A DNA stretch of 64,000 nucleotides from an uncultured delta proteobacterium (GTDB lineage: Bacteria; Desulfobacterota; WTBG01): NCBI GenBank assembly GCA_963793865.1, contig CAWCBP010000001.1, positions 1,056,001 to 1,120,000 of the forward strand. The letters are read 5' to 3'. The translations under genes and the position numbers were made by a program. Below, piece by piece: positions 43,496-53,610 of the stretch (positions are counted from its first letter, which is position 1; each line of letters starts with the position of its first letter). Below the pieces are notes generated by a model, which saw only the letters and a program-made list of their open reading frames with translations, did not search any database and was not told the origin of the DNA.

Positions 43496-43783
43496 ATGGT
43501 CATCGGAGTATGCCGTTTAGACCTGTTGATGCGCGAGAACGGGTCGCTCAAGGAGAAACGGCGCATCGTCAAACAGATTATTGACCGGGTGAAGCACCGT
43601 TTTAATGTTTCCATAGCCGAGGTGGGCAACAATGATCTCTGGCAGAGCGCCCAGTTGGGATTGTGCCTGGTAAGCAACGACCGGCGCTTCACCAATTCGT
43701 CGCTGGATACGATTCTGGATTTTATCGAGACCATAAACGTTGCTGAAGTGGTCAAGTCCGACATTGAGATCCTGACGCTGTAG
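43496..43783 (+). CDS. DUF503 (YlxP-like) protein
   Basis: SLKEKRRIVK..RFNVSIAEV..DLWQ; conserved position after infB. Confidence 0.88.
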   Translation: MVIGVCRLDLLMRENGSLKEKRRIVKQIIDRVKHRFNVSIAEVGNNDLWQSAQLGLCLVSNDRRFTNSSLDTILDFIETINVAEVVKSDIEILTL

Positions 43784-43828
43784 GAAACGCGCTCTTCATC
43801 TGCGGCGTCCGGTTCGGGTGATCCGCAT

Positions 43829-44203
43829 ATGCTTAAACAATATGCCCGGTCAGACCGGGTGGCCGATGTCCTCCAGAAAGAAATCTGTGAGATGCTCCAT
43901 AAGGAGGTCAAGGATCCTCACCTCGGTTTTATAACCATTACCGGAGTTGAGGTGTCCCGGGATCTGAAGCTGGCAAAAATTTATTACACCATTCTCGGCC
44001 CGCCCGACCGGGTGGAAGATTCAACCCGGGCGCTGCGGCGCATAACCCCGTTTCTCAAAAGGGGGCTGGGCAGGAAGCTGCATTTGAGGGCCACACCTGA
44101 TATTGTATTCATATATGATCATTCACTGGAGTATGGTACAAAAATTGATCACATCCTTGACAGCCTCAGGGAATCCTCCGACCCGACTGCCCTTGAAGAG
44201 TGA
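43829..44203 (+). CDS. rbfA: 30S ribosome-binding factor A
   Basis: RSDRVAD..VKDP.LG.ITITGVEVSRDLK.AK, LRATPDIVFIYD. Confidence 0.95.
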   Translation: MLKQYARSDRVADVLQKEICEMLHKEVKDPHLGFITITGVEVSRDLKLAKIYYTILGPPDRVEDSTRALRRITPFLKRGLGRKLHLRATPDIVFIYDHSLEYGTKIDHILDSLRESSDPTALEE

Positions 44204-44260
44204 CCGTGCTGGTAATCCTGACATGGCTGATGAATTGTATCCTACCCATACCGCTTGGCT

Positions 44261-45214
44261 ATGGACGGCATTCTGATTATTGACAAACCGGACGGCATCA
44301 CCTCCTATCAGGTGGTGAACACAGTAAAACGCGTTACCCGCGTCGAGAAAGCGGGGCACGGCGGCACCCTTGATCCGCTGGCTACCGGTGTTCTGGCCGT
44401 TTTTCTCAACCGGGCAACCAGGCTGGTTTCCTATCTCATGAACGACATCAAAAGATACCGTGCCACCATGCTGCTCGGCATTGAAACCGACACCCAGGAC
44501 CGGGAAGGCCGGGTCATTGCCGAAAGCGCTTCGTATCCCCTCGACCCTTTGGAAATCACCCATGCGGTGCAATCTTTTAGCGGCGTCCTTGCGCAGGTTC
44601 CGCCCATGTATTCGGCACTGAAGCATCGCGGAACACCGATGTACAAGCTGGCCAGAAAGGGCATATGCCTCGATCGCCAGGCACGCAGTGTGCATATCTA
44701 CCGCATGCAGGTGCTCGACGTTCGCCCTCCCCTGGTAACCTTTGAGGTTGACTGTTCCCCGGGAACTTACATCAGAACCCTGTGCGATGATATCGGTCAC
44801 CGATTGGGATGCGGAGCGCACCTGGTTTCGCTTACCAGGCTCAGCTGCGGTTCATTCGGACTGGATGATGCCATATCGTTTCAGGATGTGCCTTCGCTGA
44901 GCGAGCGGGCTGTGCTCAAGCGGCGGATGGTATCCCTCCGCCGATCACTCGGACATCTGCCCATGGTAACGGTTACCGCCCCGGTTATGGACCTCCTCCG
45001 GGCAAGGAAAACCATCCCGGCATCGCAGCTGAAAAGTGTGCACCCCCCCGCACCGGAAAAGGCGGGGCTGTTCCAGGCAGCGTGTGACGGAGAGAGCGAA
45101 CTTGCGCTTGTCCAATCCCTGGTCAGCCCTGACAGGCTGGCGACGCTGCCCGAGGGCGGAGCTGCATGGAAACGGGTCTGTTTTTATAATCCGCAGGAAA
45201 ACACCATTCACTAA
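44261..45214 (+). CDS. truB: tRNA pseudouridine-55 synthase
   Basis: KAGHGGTLDPLATGVL, QVPPMYSALK, GTYIRTL. Confidence 0.95.
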   Translation: MDGILIIDKPDGITSYQVVNTVKRVTRVEKAGHGGTLDPLATGVLAVFLNRATRLVSYLMNDIKRYRATMLLGIETDTQDREGRVIAESASYPLDPLEITHAVQSFSGVLAQVPPMYSALKHRGTPMYKLARKGICLDRQARSVHIYRMQVLDVRPPLVTFEVDCSPGTYIRTLCDDIGHRLGCGAHLVSLTRLSCGSFGLDDAISFQDVPSLSERAVLKRRMVSLRRSLGHLPMVTVTAPVMDLLRARKTIPASQLKSVHPPAPEKAGLFQAACDGESELALVQSLVSPDRLATLPEGGAAWKRVCFYNPQENTIH

Positions 45215-45238
45215 TCACGAGAGGCGCAGGAGGTATAC

Positions 45239-45508
45239 ATGCCGCTGGCAACAGAACAAAAAAGGGACATCATCCAAAAACATAAAATGCACGATAAGGA
45301 CACGGGTTCGCCCGAGGTGCAGATCGCGCTGCTGACTGAACGGGTCAACTACCTTACCGACCATTTTAAAAAACACGCCAAGGACCATCACTCCCGCCAG
45401 GGATTGCTTAAAATCGTCAACCAGAGGCGGCGTTTGCTTAACTACATCAAGCGCATAGATCCGCCGCGATACCGGAAACTTATCGAGGAGCTGGGCATAA
45501 GAAAGTAG
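45239..45508 (+). CDS. rpsO: 30S ribosomal protein S15
   Basis: [22 protein letters not shown]. Confidence 0.98.
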   Translation: MPLATEQKRDIIQKHKMHDKDTGSPEVQIALLTERVNYLTDHFKKHAKDHHSRQGLLKIVNQRRRLLNYIKRIDPPRYRKLIEELGIRK

Positions 45509-45560
45509 CAGCCTGTTTCCCGGTTCGCGCACATACATTTAAAAAAGGAGTCAGACCATT

Positions 45561-47663
45561 ATGATTAAAAAAGTTACCTGTGAATGGGGTGGCAGGGCCA
45601 TCTCCATCGAGACCGGCAAGATAGCAAAGCAGACCAGCGGTTCAGTCACCGTTCAATACGGGGACAGCATCGTTCTGGTCACCGCGGTCGCCTCAAAAGT
45701 GCCCAGGGAAAATGCCAGCTTTTTCCCCCTGACTGTTGATTATCAGGAAATGACCTATGCCGCGGGCAAGATACCTGGCGGCTTTTTCAAAAGAGAAGGC
45801 CGCCCCAGCGAGCGGGAAATTTTGACCTCGCGTTTTATAGACCGCCCCCTGCGCCCCCTCTTCCCCGACGGATTCGTCAACGACGTTCAGATCATCGCCA
45901 CGGTGCTTTCCGCCGACCCGGAAAACAATCCCGACATACTGGCCATTATCGGCGCCTCGGCGGCCCTGACAATTTCCGACATCCCCTTCAGAGGCCCCAT
46001 CGCCGGGGTGCGCGTGGGCAGAATCGACGGCCGGTTCATCATCAATCCTTCCTGGGACCAGCTGGCGCAAAGCTCGCTTGATATCATCGTGGCGGGAAGC
46101 CGGGATGCGCTGGTAATGGTTGAGGGTGGGGCAAGCATTCTCTCCGAGGAAACCATGTCCGAGGCCATCTCCTGCGGTCACAGCTCCATCATGGACATCA
46201 TCGCCATGCAGGACGAGCTCAGGCAGGCGGTGGGCAAGCCGAAAATGACCTTTATTGAAGCCAGGCCCGATGAAACGCTCCTGAAGGAGGTTGAAGGCGT
46301 CGCCCGCGACAAAATCAACCGGGCGATTCGCATTGACGGGAAAAAGGAGCGCCGCGACACCCTCCAGGAGATTGAAAAAGAGACCATTGAAGCGCTCATT
46401 CCCGCCCATGAAGGCAAGGAGTCGGCCATACGCGACATCCTCGATTCCATCGAGGCGCGGCTCATCCGTGAAATGATCTCCCGTGAAAAGATCCGCATCG
46501 GCGGGAGAGGCTTTGCCGAAATTCGCAGCATCTCCAGCGAAGTGGGCATCCTGCCCAGGGCGCACGGCTCGGCCCTCTTCACCCGCGGCGAAACCCAGGT
46601 CCTGGCCTCAACCACCCTGGGCACGACCGAGGACGAACAGCGTATCGATTCACTCATGCAGAACGGCGGATCAAAGGCCTTCATGCTCCATTATAACTTC
46701 CCCCCCTTCTCGGTGGGCGAGGTCAAGTTCCTCCGCTCTCCCAGCAGGCGCGAAATAGGTCACGGCACGCTGGCGGAAAGGGCCATCTCCAGGGTGCTCC
46801 CCTCCAATGTTGAATTTCCCTACACCATCCGCATTGTCTCGGATGTGCTGGAATCAAACGGCTCCTCCTCCATGGCAACCGTCTGCGGCTCGATACTGTC
46901 GCTGATGGACGCCGGCGTTCCCATCAAGACGCCCGTTGCCGGCATCGCCCTCGGCCTCATCAAGGAAGGCGACGACTTCATCATCCTCTCGGACATCCTG
47001 GGTGATGAAGATCACATCGGTGACATGGACTTTAAGGTCGCCGGCACCCGGGAGGGGATTACCGCGTTGCAGATGGACATTAAGATCACCGGCATCACCC
47101 CCGAGATCCTGCGCAAGGCCCTCGCCCAGGCGCGGGAAGGCCGCCTTTTCATTCTGAATAAAATGGAAGAGACCATCAAGGAGCCGCGTACCGAGCTTTC
47201 GGTGTGGGCGCCCCGCATTGTCACCATCCAGGTCAAGACCGACCAAATCGGCGACGTCATCGGGCCGGGGGGCAAGGTGATCAAGGGCATTGTTGAGCAG
47301 ACCGGGGCAAAAATCGATATTGACGATACCGGGAAAGTCAACATTTTCTCACACGATCTTGAGTCGGTGCACAAGGCCATCGCCATGATCCAGGCCATCA
47401 CCCAGGAGCCCGAGCTGAACAAGATTTACCGCGGCAAGGTAAGGCGCATCGTCGATTTCGGGGCATTTGTGGAGATTTTCCCCGGCACCGACGGTTTGGT
47501 ACACATCTCCCAGCTGGCTGAAGGGCGGGTAAAAACGGTCCGCGATGTGGTCAAGGAAGGCGATGAAATCATGGTAAAAGTCATTGAGATCGATAGGCAG
47601 GGGAAAATCCGGCTGAGCCGGAAAGATGCGCTGGGTCAAAAACCGGAACGTGAAAACAATTAA
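45561..47663 (+). CDS. pnp: Polyribonucleotide nucleotidyltransferase
   Basis: [44 protein letters not shown] and S1 domains. Confidence 0.98.
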   Translation: MIKKVTCEWGGRAISIETGKIAKQTSGSVTVQYGDSIVLVTAVASKVPRENASFFPLTVDYQEMTYAAGKIPGGFFKREGRPSEREILTSRFIDRPLRPLFPDGFVNDVQIIATVLSADPENNPDILAIIGASAALTISDIPFRGPIAGVRVGRIDGRFIINPSWDQLAQSSLDIIVAGSRDALVMVEGGASILSEETMSEAISCGHSSIMDIIAMQDELRQAVGKPKMTFIEARPDETLLKEVEGVARDKINRAIRIDGKKERRDTLQEIEKETIEALIPAHEGKESAIRDILDSIEARLIREMISREKIRIGGRGFAEIRSISSEVGILPRAHGSALFTRGETQVLASTTLGTTEDEQRIDSLMQNGGSKAFMLHYNFPPFSVGEVKFLRSPSRREIGHGTLAERAISRVLPSNVEFPYTIRIVSDVLESNGSSSMATVCGSILSLMDAGVPIKTPVAGIALGLIKEGDDFIILSDILGDEDHIGDMDFKVAGTREGITALQMDIKITGITPEILRKALAQAREGRLFILNKMEETIKEPRTELSVWAPRIVTIQVKTDQIGDVIGPGGKVIKGIVEQTGAKIDIDDTGKVNIFSHDLESVHKAIAMIQAITQEPELNKIYRGKVRRIVDFGAFVEIFPGTDGLVHISQLAEGRVKTVRDVVKEGDEIMVKVIEIDRQGKIRLSRKDALGQKPERENN

Positions 47664-47693
47664 CCACTGCGGCGTGAACGGTTATCCTGCGAT

Positions 47694-48953
47694 ATGTACC
47701 AGAAATCAGTCCTTGAAAACGGTGTTACCATCGTCACCGAGCAGGTTCCTGCCGTCCATTCAGTCTCGCTCGGCGTCTGGATCATAACCGGCTCACGTGA
47801 TGAGGATACGGCGCAGAACGGCATTGCCCATTTCATCGAACACATGTTTTTCAAGGGCACTGCCAGGCGTTCAGCGCAGGATATATCAAAGGAGATAGAT
47901 TCGGTCGGCGGCATTCTCAACGCCCTTACCAGCAAAGAATATACCGGGATCTACGCGAAAGTTCTGGACAGGCATATCGGCGTTGCGTCAGACATCATTT
48001 CCGATGTCTTTCTCAATTCAACCTTTGACCCGCAGGAGATTGAGCGCGAGCGGGAGGTGATCGTTCAGGAAATTCTCCTCTCCGAAGACACCCCCGATGA
48101 GCACATCCAGGAGCTGTTCAGCAAGTCGTTTTTCCGTGACCATCCCCTTTCCATGCCCATCCTCGGCAGCAGAAAGACGGTAGGCGGCATCAACCGCGAC
48201 ACGCTGCTCGATTTCCTCAGGCGCCATCACTACCACCCTTCAAGAATCATCATTTCCGCGACCGGTAAAGTCAATCATGACCGGATTGTCGGCATCTTTC
48301 ATGACCATTTCGGAAGCATACCCCGGTGCAATACCTCCCCTGCACGATTACCGCTCAAGGCCGGATCCGATGTGGCCATTTACAGCAAGCCCCTTGAGCA
48401 GATACATATCTGCATCGGCACGCAGGGAGTAACCCAGGATGACACTTCCCGTTACGCGGGATATGTGCTCAATACCATCATCGGGGGCAGCATGAGCTCT
48501 CGATTATTCCAGGAAATCCGGGAGAAAAAAGGTCTCGCCTATTCCGTGTATTCCTACTTTTCCTCTTACTTTGACGCGGGAATGTTCGTGGTCTACCTGG
48601 GAGTGAGCAGGAAGGCGGCGCGTGAGGCCATCAAGCTGGTTATTGCGGAACTCAACAAGTTCAGGGACCAGGGCATAACCGAAGGGGAGCTCAGAACCGC
48701 CCAGGAGCACCTTAAGGGACATACCCTTTTGGCCGCCGAAAGCCCCGACAGCCGGATGACCCGCCTGGCCAAGTGCGAGATTTATTTTAACCGCTTCATT
48801 CCCCTGGAGGAAATTTTGACGGCCATCGACGCGGTTACGCCCCAAGACGTGCAAAATCTTGCCCGTGAGATCTTTGACCGGAAGTACCTCTCGCTGGCCG
48901 CCCTTGGACCGGTTTCATCCCGCGACATCACCCCCGACCTGCTGGACGCGTAA
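47694..48953 (+). CDS. M16 family zinc peptidase
   Basis: HFIEHMFFKGT inverted HxxEH; MSSRLFQEIREKKGLAYSV. Confidence 0.93.
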   Translation: MYQKSVLENGVTIVTEQVPAVHSVSLGVWIITGSRDEDTAQNGIAHFIEHMFFKGTARRSAQDISKEIDSVGGILNALTSKEYTGIYAKVLDRHIGVASDIISDVFLNSTFDPQEIEREREVIVQEILLSEDTPDEHIQELFSKSFFRDHPLSMPILGSRKTVGGINRDTLLDFLRRHHYHPSRIIISATGKVNHDRIVGIFHDHFGSIPRCNTSPARLPLKAGSDVAIYSKPLEQIHICIGTQGVTQDDTSRYAGYVLNTIIGGSMSSRLFQEIREKKGLAYSVYSYFSSYFDAGMFVVYLGVSRKAAREAIKLVIAELNKFRDQGITEGELRTAQEHLKGHTLLAAESPDSRMTRLAKCEIYFNRFIPLEEILTAIDAVTPQDVQNLAREIFDRKYLSLAALGPVSSRDITPDLLDA

Positions 48954-49006
48954 AGAATCCCGCTTGTTCAACGTTTATCTTTTCTTGTTTCTGCAAACCG
49001 CGCACT

Positions 49007-49100
49007 ACGAACGTCCAACATCGAACGCTCAACGTTCAACTTCCAATCATACACTGCTTCTCAATCCTTCAACTTTGGATAGTTGGATGTTCAACGTTCA
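49007..49100. repeat. Heptamer tandem array with inverted copy
   Basis: acgaacg tccaaca tcgaacg ctcaacg ttcaact tccaatc (49007-49048) and reverse-complement units at 49074-49100. Confidence 0.7.
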
Positions 49101-49124
49101 TTTTTAAATCATGGTCATCCATCG

Positions 49125-49895
49125 TCAGATTCTCTCACCCTTCTTCACCAAATAAATTAAAAACTCCCGGTTCTTTTTCGGGCCGGCAAGCGGGGATTCA
49201 ACCACACCCTTAACGGCAAGGCCTTCCTTTTCTGCAAACGAAGATACTTCATTGACAGCCTTTTCCTGCTTTTCGGCGTTACGGACAATCCCGCCGCTTC
49301 CCACCTCTTCACTGCTCAGCTCAAACTGGGGTTTTATCAGGGCAATGATCTCGCCGTCGCTTTTGAGCAGGGGGACCACCGAAGGAATGACCTTAATGAG
49401 GGAGATAAAGGAAACGTCGATGACTGCGGCGTCAGGCTCATCCTGCAGGCTGGTGCGGTCGAGGTATCGGATGTTGCTGCGCTCTATCAGCACCACCCGC
49501 TTATCACACCTGAGCTTCCAGGCCATCTGACCATAGCCGACATCCACGGCATATACCTTTGCCGCCCCGCGCTGTAAAAGGCAGTCGGTAAAACCGCCGG
49601 TTGAGGCCCCAACATCCAGAAAGACCCTCCCGGCGGTTGTAATATTGAAGTAATCCAGCGCTTTCTCCAGCTTGATACCGCCGCGGCTGACGTAGGGCAA
49701 CGGCTCGCCCCGGATTTCAACATCGGCACCGGGAGCCACGCGCGAGCCCGCTTTTACTTCCTTCCTGCCGTCCACGAACACCGTGCCGGCCATGATGCAG
49801 GCCTGCGCCTTGTGCCTGCTTTCAGCAAGGCCCCGGGCCACCAGCGCGCTGTCAAGACGCTCAGACCCGCCCCGCGAAGACTTTCTGTCTGTCAC
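49125..49895 (-). CDS. tlyA: TlyA family rRNA 2'-O-methyltransferase
   Basis: S4 domain, YVSRGGIKL, LDVGASTGGFTD, IDVSFISL, LIKPQFE; start uncertain. Confidence 0.93.
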   Translation of the reverse strand: MTDRKSSRGGSERLDSALVARGLAESRHKAQACIMAGTVFVDGRKEVKAGSRVAPGADVEIRGEPLPYVSRGGIKLEKALDYFNITTAGRVFLDVGASTGGFTDCLLQRGAAKVYAVDVGYGQMAWKLRCDKRVVLIERSNIRYLDRTSLQDEPDAAVIDVSFISLIKVIPSVVPLLKSDGEIIALIKPQFELSSEEVGSGGIVRNAEKQEKAVNEVSSFAEKEGLAVKGVVESPLAGPKKNREFLIYLVKKGERI

Positions 49896-51765
49896 CGACC
49901 ATCTCCCGGACCGCAGCGGCAATGCCTTCAGCGTCCAGCCCGTACTTTTTGCGGATTATACCCTGGGACCCGTGTTCCACGAACACATCATTAACACCCA
50001 AACGCCGGACGCTCACGTCCGCAACGCCCCCCTCCGACAGGGCTTCCAGCACAGCGCTGCCGAAGCCGCCGGCGATCACGTTCTCCTCAACGGTGATTAT
50101 TTTTTTATGAGCCCTGGCCACATCACACACCATGTGCCTGTCCAGTGGCTTGATAAATCTGCAGTTCACCACACAGGCATCAATGCCTTCCTCTTTCAGG
50201 CGCTCGGCCGCCTCCAGCGCCGGATATACGGTAACGCCGATGGCCAGAACGGCCGCATCACGCCCCTGCCGCAGGATTTCAGCTTTCCCCGGCTCAAGGA
50301 TGCGCAGCTCATCGTCGAGCTTCACGCCGTAGCCGCTGCCCCGGGGATAGCGGATGGCAACCGGGCACTCATAGGACAGCGCCGTCCTGAGCATGTGCTG
50401 AAGCTCATTTTCATCTTTGGGCGCCATGATCACCAGGTGGGGAATGGTCCTCAGAAATGAGAGGTCAAAAAGGCCGTTGTGGGTGGCGCCGTCCTCTCCC
50501 ACGATCCCGGCCCGGTCCAGAACAAAGACCACGGGCAGCTTCTGGTAGCAGACATCGAGCACCAGCTGATCATACCCCCGCTGCAAAAAGGTCGAATATA
50601 TTGCCGTGACCGGGCGCAATCCCTCCGTGGCCATGCCCGCCGCAAAGGTTATGGCATGCTGCTCGGCAATGCCCACATCGAAAAATCGCTCCGGGAACTC
50701 CCTGCTGAAGGCGTCCAGGCCCGTGCCGCCGGGCATGCCGGCGGTTATGGCCACGATGCGTTTATCATCCCGGGCCAGTTTCAGCAGCGTCGAGGCAAAT
50801 ACCCCGGTATAACTGGGCGCGGCAACCCCCGTCTTCAACGGGCTGCCCGTGGGCACATCAAACGGGCCCGTGCCGTGAAAGGTGATGGGATCCTGCTCGG
50901 CCGGCTTGTAGCCCTTGCCTTTGCTGGTCAGCACGTGGAACAGAATCGGGCCCTGGAGCCTGCGCAAATTAACCATATTTTCCAGCAAATGATCGAAGCG
51001 ATGGCCGGAGATGGGTCCGATGTACCGGAATCCGAGCTCCTCGAAAAGGATGCCGGGGGTAAACAATCCCTTCAAAAATTCCTCGGACTGCCTCAGCACC
51101 TTCAGCATCGACTTCCCGATCCCGGGGATGGTTTCGATAAAGGTGTTAAATTCATTCTTGAAGCGGTTGTAAAACTGGCCGGTGATAATCCGCGAGAGGT
51201 AGGCTGAAAGCCCGCCGACGTTGGGGGAAATGGACATCTCGTTGTCATTAAGAATGACAATGATATCCTTCTTCAGGTGACCGGCGTGGTTTAATCCTTC
51301 AAGGGCGATTCCCGCCATCAGGGAACCGTCACCGATGACGGCAACAACCTTGTGGCGCTCGCCTTTAATGCAGCGGGATTGAGCCATGCCCAGCGCGGCG
51401 GAGATGGAGGTGCTGCTGTGACCGACGTTGAAGGTGTCATACACGCTTTCTTCCCGGCGCGGAAAGCCGCTGGCGCCGCCGTATTGCCGGAGGGTGCGGA
51501 ACTGCTCCCGCCTCCCGGTGATGATCTTGTGGGCGTACGCCTGGTGGCCCACATCCCAGACGATTTTATCATCCGGGGTATTAAACGCATAGTGCAGGGC
51601 GATGGTCAGCTCGACCACGCCCAGGCTCGATGCCAGGTGCCCGCCGGTTCTGGAAATGGTGTCGATAATTTCTTCCCGGATTTCCTGCGCCAGCTGAGGC
51701 AGCTGGTCCGGTTTCAGCAGGCGCAGCGCCGCCGGGCCATTGATCCCGTCAAGAAGTCGCGTCAT
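49861..51765 (-). CDS. dxs: 1-deoxy-D-xylulose-5-phosphate synthase
   Basis: WDVGHQAY, GHSSTSIS, IGDGS..LNDNEM, DVGIAEQHA. Confidence 0.97.
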   Translation of the reverse strand: MTRLLDGINGPAALRLLKPDQLPQLAQEIREEIIDTISRTGGHLASSLGVVELTIALHYAFNTPDDKIVWDVGHQAYAHKIITGRREQFRTLRQYGGASGFPRREESVYDTFNVGHSSTSISAALGMAQSRCIKGERHKVVAVIGDGSLMAGIALEGLNHAGHLKKDIIVILNDNEMSISPNVGGLSAYLSRIITGQFYNRFKNEFNTFIETIPGIGKSMLKVLRQSEEFLKGLFTPGILFEELGFRYIGPISGHRFDHLLENMVNLRRLQGPILFHVLTSKGKGYKPAEQDPITFHGTGPFDVPTGSPLKTGVAAPSYTGVFASTLLKLARDDKRIVAITAGMPGGTGLDAFSREFPERFFDVGIAEQHAITFAAGMATEGLRPVTAIYSTFLQRGYDQLVLDVCYQKLPVVFVLDRAGIVGEDGATHNGLFDLSFLRTIPHLVIMAPKDENELQHMLRTALSYECPVAIRYPRGSGYGVKLDDELRILEPGKAEILRQGRDAAVLAIGVTVYPALEAAERLKEEGIDACVVNCRFIKPLDRHMVCDVARAHKKIITVEENVIAGGFGSAVLEALSEGGVADVSVRRLGVNDVFVEHGSQGIIRKKYGLDAEGIAAAVREMVGDRQKVFAGRV

Positions 51766-51771
51766 ACGTGT

Positions 51772-52005
51772 TTATTCTTCCCCTTCATCCAAAAATGGTT
51801 TCGTTTCCGGCGTATCGCCGTCCCCCTGCAGCAGCATCTCCACCCTTTTCTCCGCTTCCTCCAGCTGCTTGGAACAGAGGCGCGAAAGCTTTATGCCGTC
51901 TTCAAACAGCTTGAGCGATGCCTCCAGGGTCAGGTCACCCTGTTCAAGCTGCTTCACAATCTCCTCAAGCCTTTTCAAGGATTCTTCAAATTTTTTTACG
52001 GCCAT
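51772..52005 (-). CDS. xseB: Exodeoxyribonuclease VII small subunit
   Basis: FEESLKRLEEIVKQLE.GDLTLE. Confidence 0.95.
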   Translation of the reverse strand: MAVKKFEESLKRLEEIVKQLEQGDLTLEASLKLFEDGIKLSRLCSKQLEEAEKRVEMLLQGDGDTPETKPFLDEGEE

Positions 52006-52028
52006 GATATCCTACCTCGGGATTGGTG

Positions 52029-53369
52029 TTAGTCCTCAGCGTCCTCCACCCTGCATGTGATGGCCCCTCTGGACAAACGAACCCTCACCCGGTCTCCCGG
52101 GGCAACCATCGAGCGCTCCCGCACGATCCGGCGGGATGGCAGGAGCTGGGTAATGCTGTAGCCTCGATTCAATACATTGAGGGGGCTCAATCTGTCAAGA
52201 CCCTGCGCGTATCCCTGGACGGCTTGCCGCAGAGTGGAGATCGTGCGACGCGCGGACCCGGTAAGGCCCCTGCCTGCCAGGGAAAGACCTTTGCCGTACT
52301 GTTCGATTGCGCGTCCGGGGTTTCTGCCCATCAGCACCGCCCGCAGCCCTTTCAGCACCTCCCGCTTCAAGCGCAGCAGCTGCATCAGGCGCGGCGCCAG
52401 GCGGCCCTGCAGATCGTCCACGCGCAGCTGCCGGTCACTCAGGAGCAGGCGCAGGTCAGGCATTCTCTTTCCCAAAAAGCGCAGCGACTGTTGCTCCATC
52501 GCCAGAAGATGGCCCATGCGATTTTTAAGCCGGTCTGAAAAAACCCGCATGCGCTTCACCAGTTCCGCCTTTTCCGGCACCGCCAGTTCTCCGGCGGCAG
52601 AGGGAGTCGGCGCCCGCAGGTCGGCTACAAAATCCGCAATGGTGAAATCAATCTCATGCCCGACCGCCGAAATGACCGGGACCGGGCATTGATAGATCGC
52701 CCGCGCGACTATTTCCTCGTTGAAGGCCCAGAGGTCCTCCAGAGAGCCGCCGCCCCTGGTCACGATGATGACATCGATCCCTCCCATCCGGCCCAGCCGA
52801 TCTATGGCCTGCGCTATTTCCCGGGCGGCACCTTCGCCCTGAACCCTCACCGGGCTGATCAGGATGTCCATGGGCGGGAACCTTCTCCCGATCACTTTGA
52901 GGAGATCCCTGATTGCCGCCCCGGTAGGCGAGGTGACGATCCCTATTCTACCCGGCAAAAAGGGAATGGGCCTTTTATGTTCCGGATCAAACAGGCCTTC
53001 AAGTCTCAGCTTCTCCTTTAACTGATCGAATGCAAGCTGCAGCGCGCCAAGGCCCTTGGGCTCCATGTAGTCTATGATTAACTGATACTCCCCCCTCGGC
53101 TCATAAAGGCTGATCCGCCCATGGCAGATCACCTGCATTCCGTCAGCCAGCTCAAATTTGACCTGCCTGCCCATATATCTGAACAGAACTGCCCGAAGCT
53201 GGCTGGTTTCGTCCTTGAGGGTAAAATAATAGTGGCCTGACGCGGCGGGGCATCGCACGTTCGATAATTCACCCTCAACCCAGACCTCGCCAAATGTGTT
53301 TTCCAGGTTCTCTTTAATGAGCCGGGTAAGTTCACCGATGGATAAAATGTTTTTATATTCTGCGGACAT
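52029..53369 (-). CDS. xseA: Exodeoxyribonuclease VII large subunit
   Basis: SGHYYFTLKD, RGGGSLEDLWAFN, SAVGHEIDFTIADFVAD.RAPTPS. Confidence 0.95.
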   Translation of the reverse strand: MSAEYKNILSIGELTRLIKENLENTFGEVWVEGELSNVRCPAASGHYYFTLKDETSQLRAVLFRYMGRQVKFELADGMQVICHGRISLYEPRGEYQLIIDYMEPKGLGALQLAFDQLKEKLRLEGLFDPEHKRPIPFLPGRIGIVTSPTGAAIRDLLKVIGRRFPPMDILISPVRVQGEGAAREIAQAIDRLGRMGGIDVIIVTRGGGSLEDLWAFNEEIVARAIYQCPVPVISAVGHEIDFTIADFVADLRAPTPSAAGELAVPEKAELVKRMRVFSDRLKNRMGHLLAMEQQSLRFLGKRMPDLRLLLSDRQLRVDDLQGRLAPRLMQLLRLKREVLKGLRAVLMGRNPGRAIEQYGKGLSLAGRGLTGSARRTISTLRQAVQGYAQGLDRLSPLNVLNRGYSITQLLPSRRIVRERSMVAPGDRVRVRLSRGAITCRVEDAED

Positions 53370-53610
53370 GACGGAGTGAGCCAACAATGCGCAACATACG
53401 GGTTTTATAAGATACGGAACGCAACAATCATCGTGTTGTTGAGCTGAACATCTCCGCATCGACGATGAATCGCCTGCCATCGAAACTGTTAACCATATCA
53501 GGCCGCCATTATAATGAAAAACCCTTTAATAAGCAACAGCATATTCAATAAGCGCCATCAGCGGCTGCAGGTGTGCCTCGAACTGGTATGGCTTTTGCGA
53601 AAAAAATGTT

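Noticed and set aside
39585..52692. Long antisense ORFs (e.g. 39585-40265, 41047-41832, 45693-46565, 50479-51207)
   Set aside because: They are shadows of GC-rich conserved core genes and have no recognisable motifs.
53370..53480. Cys-rich N-terminal extension of xseA (and similar extensions of the ORFs 1335-2282 and 63139-63852)
   Set aside because: Artefacts of longest-ORF calling; family homology begins at downstream ATGs.
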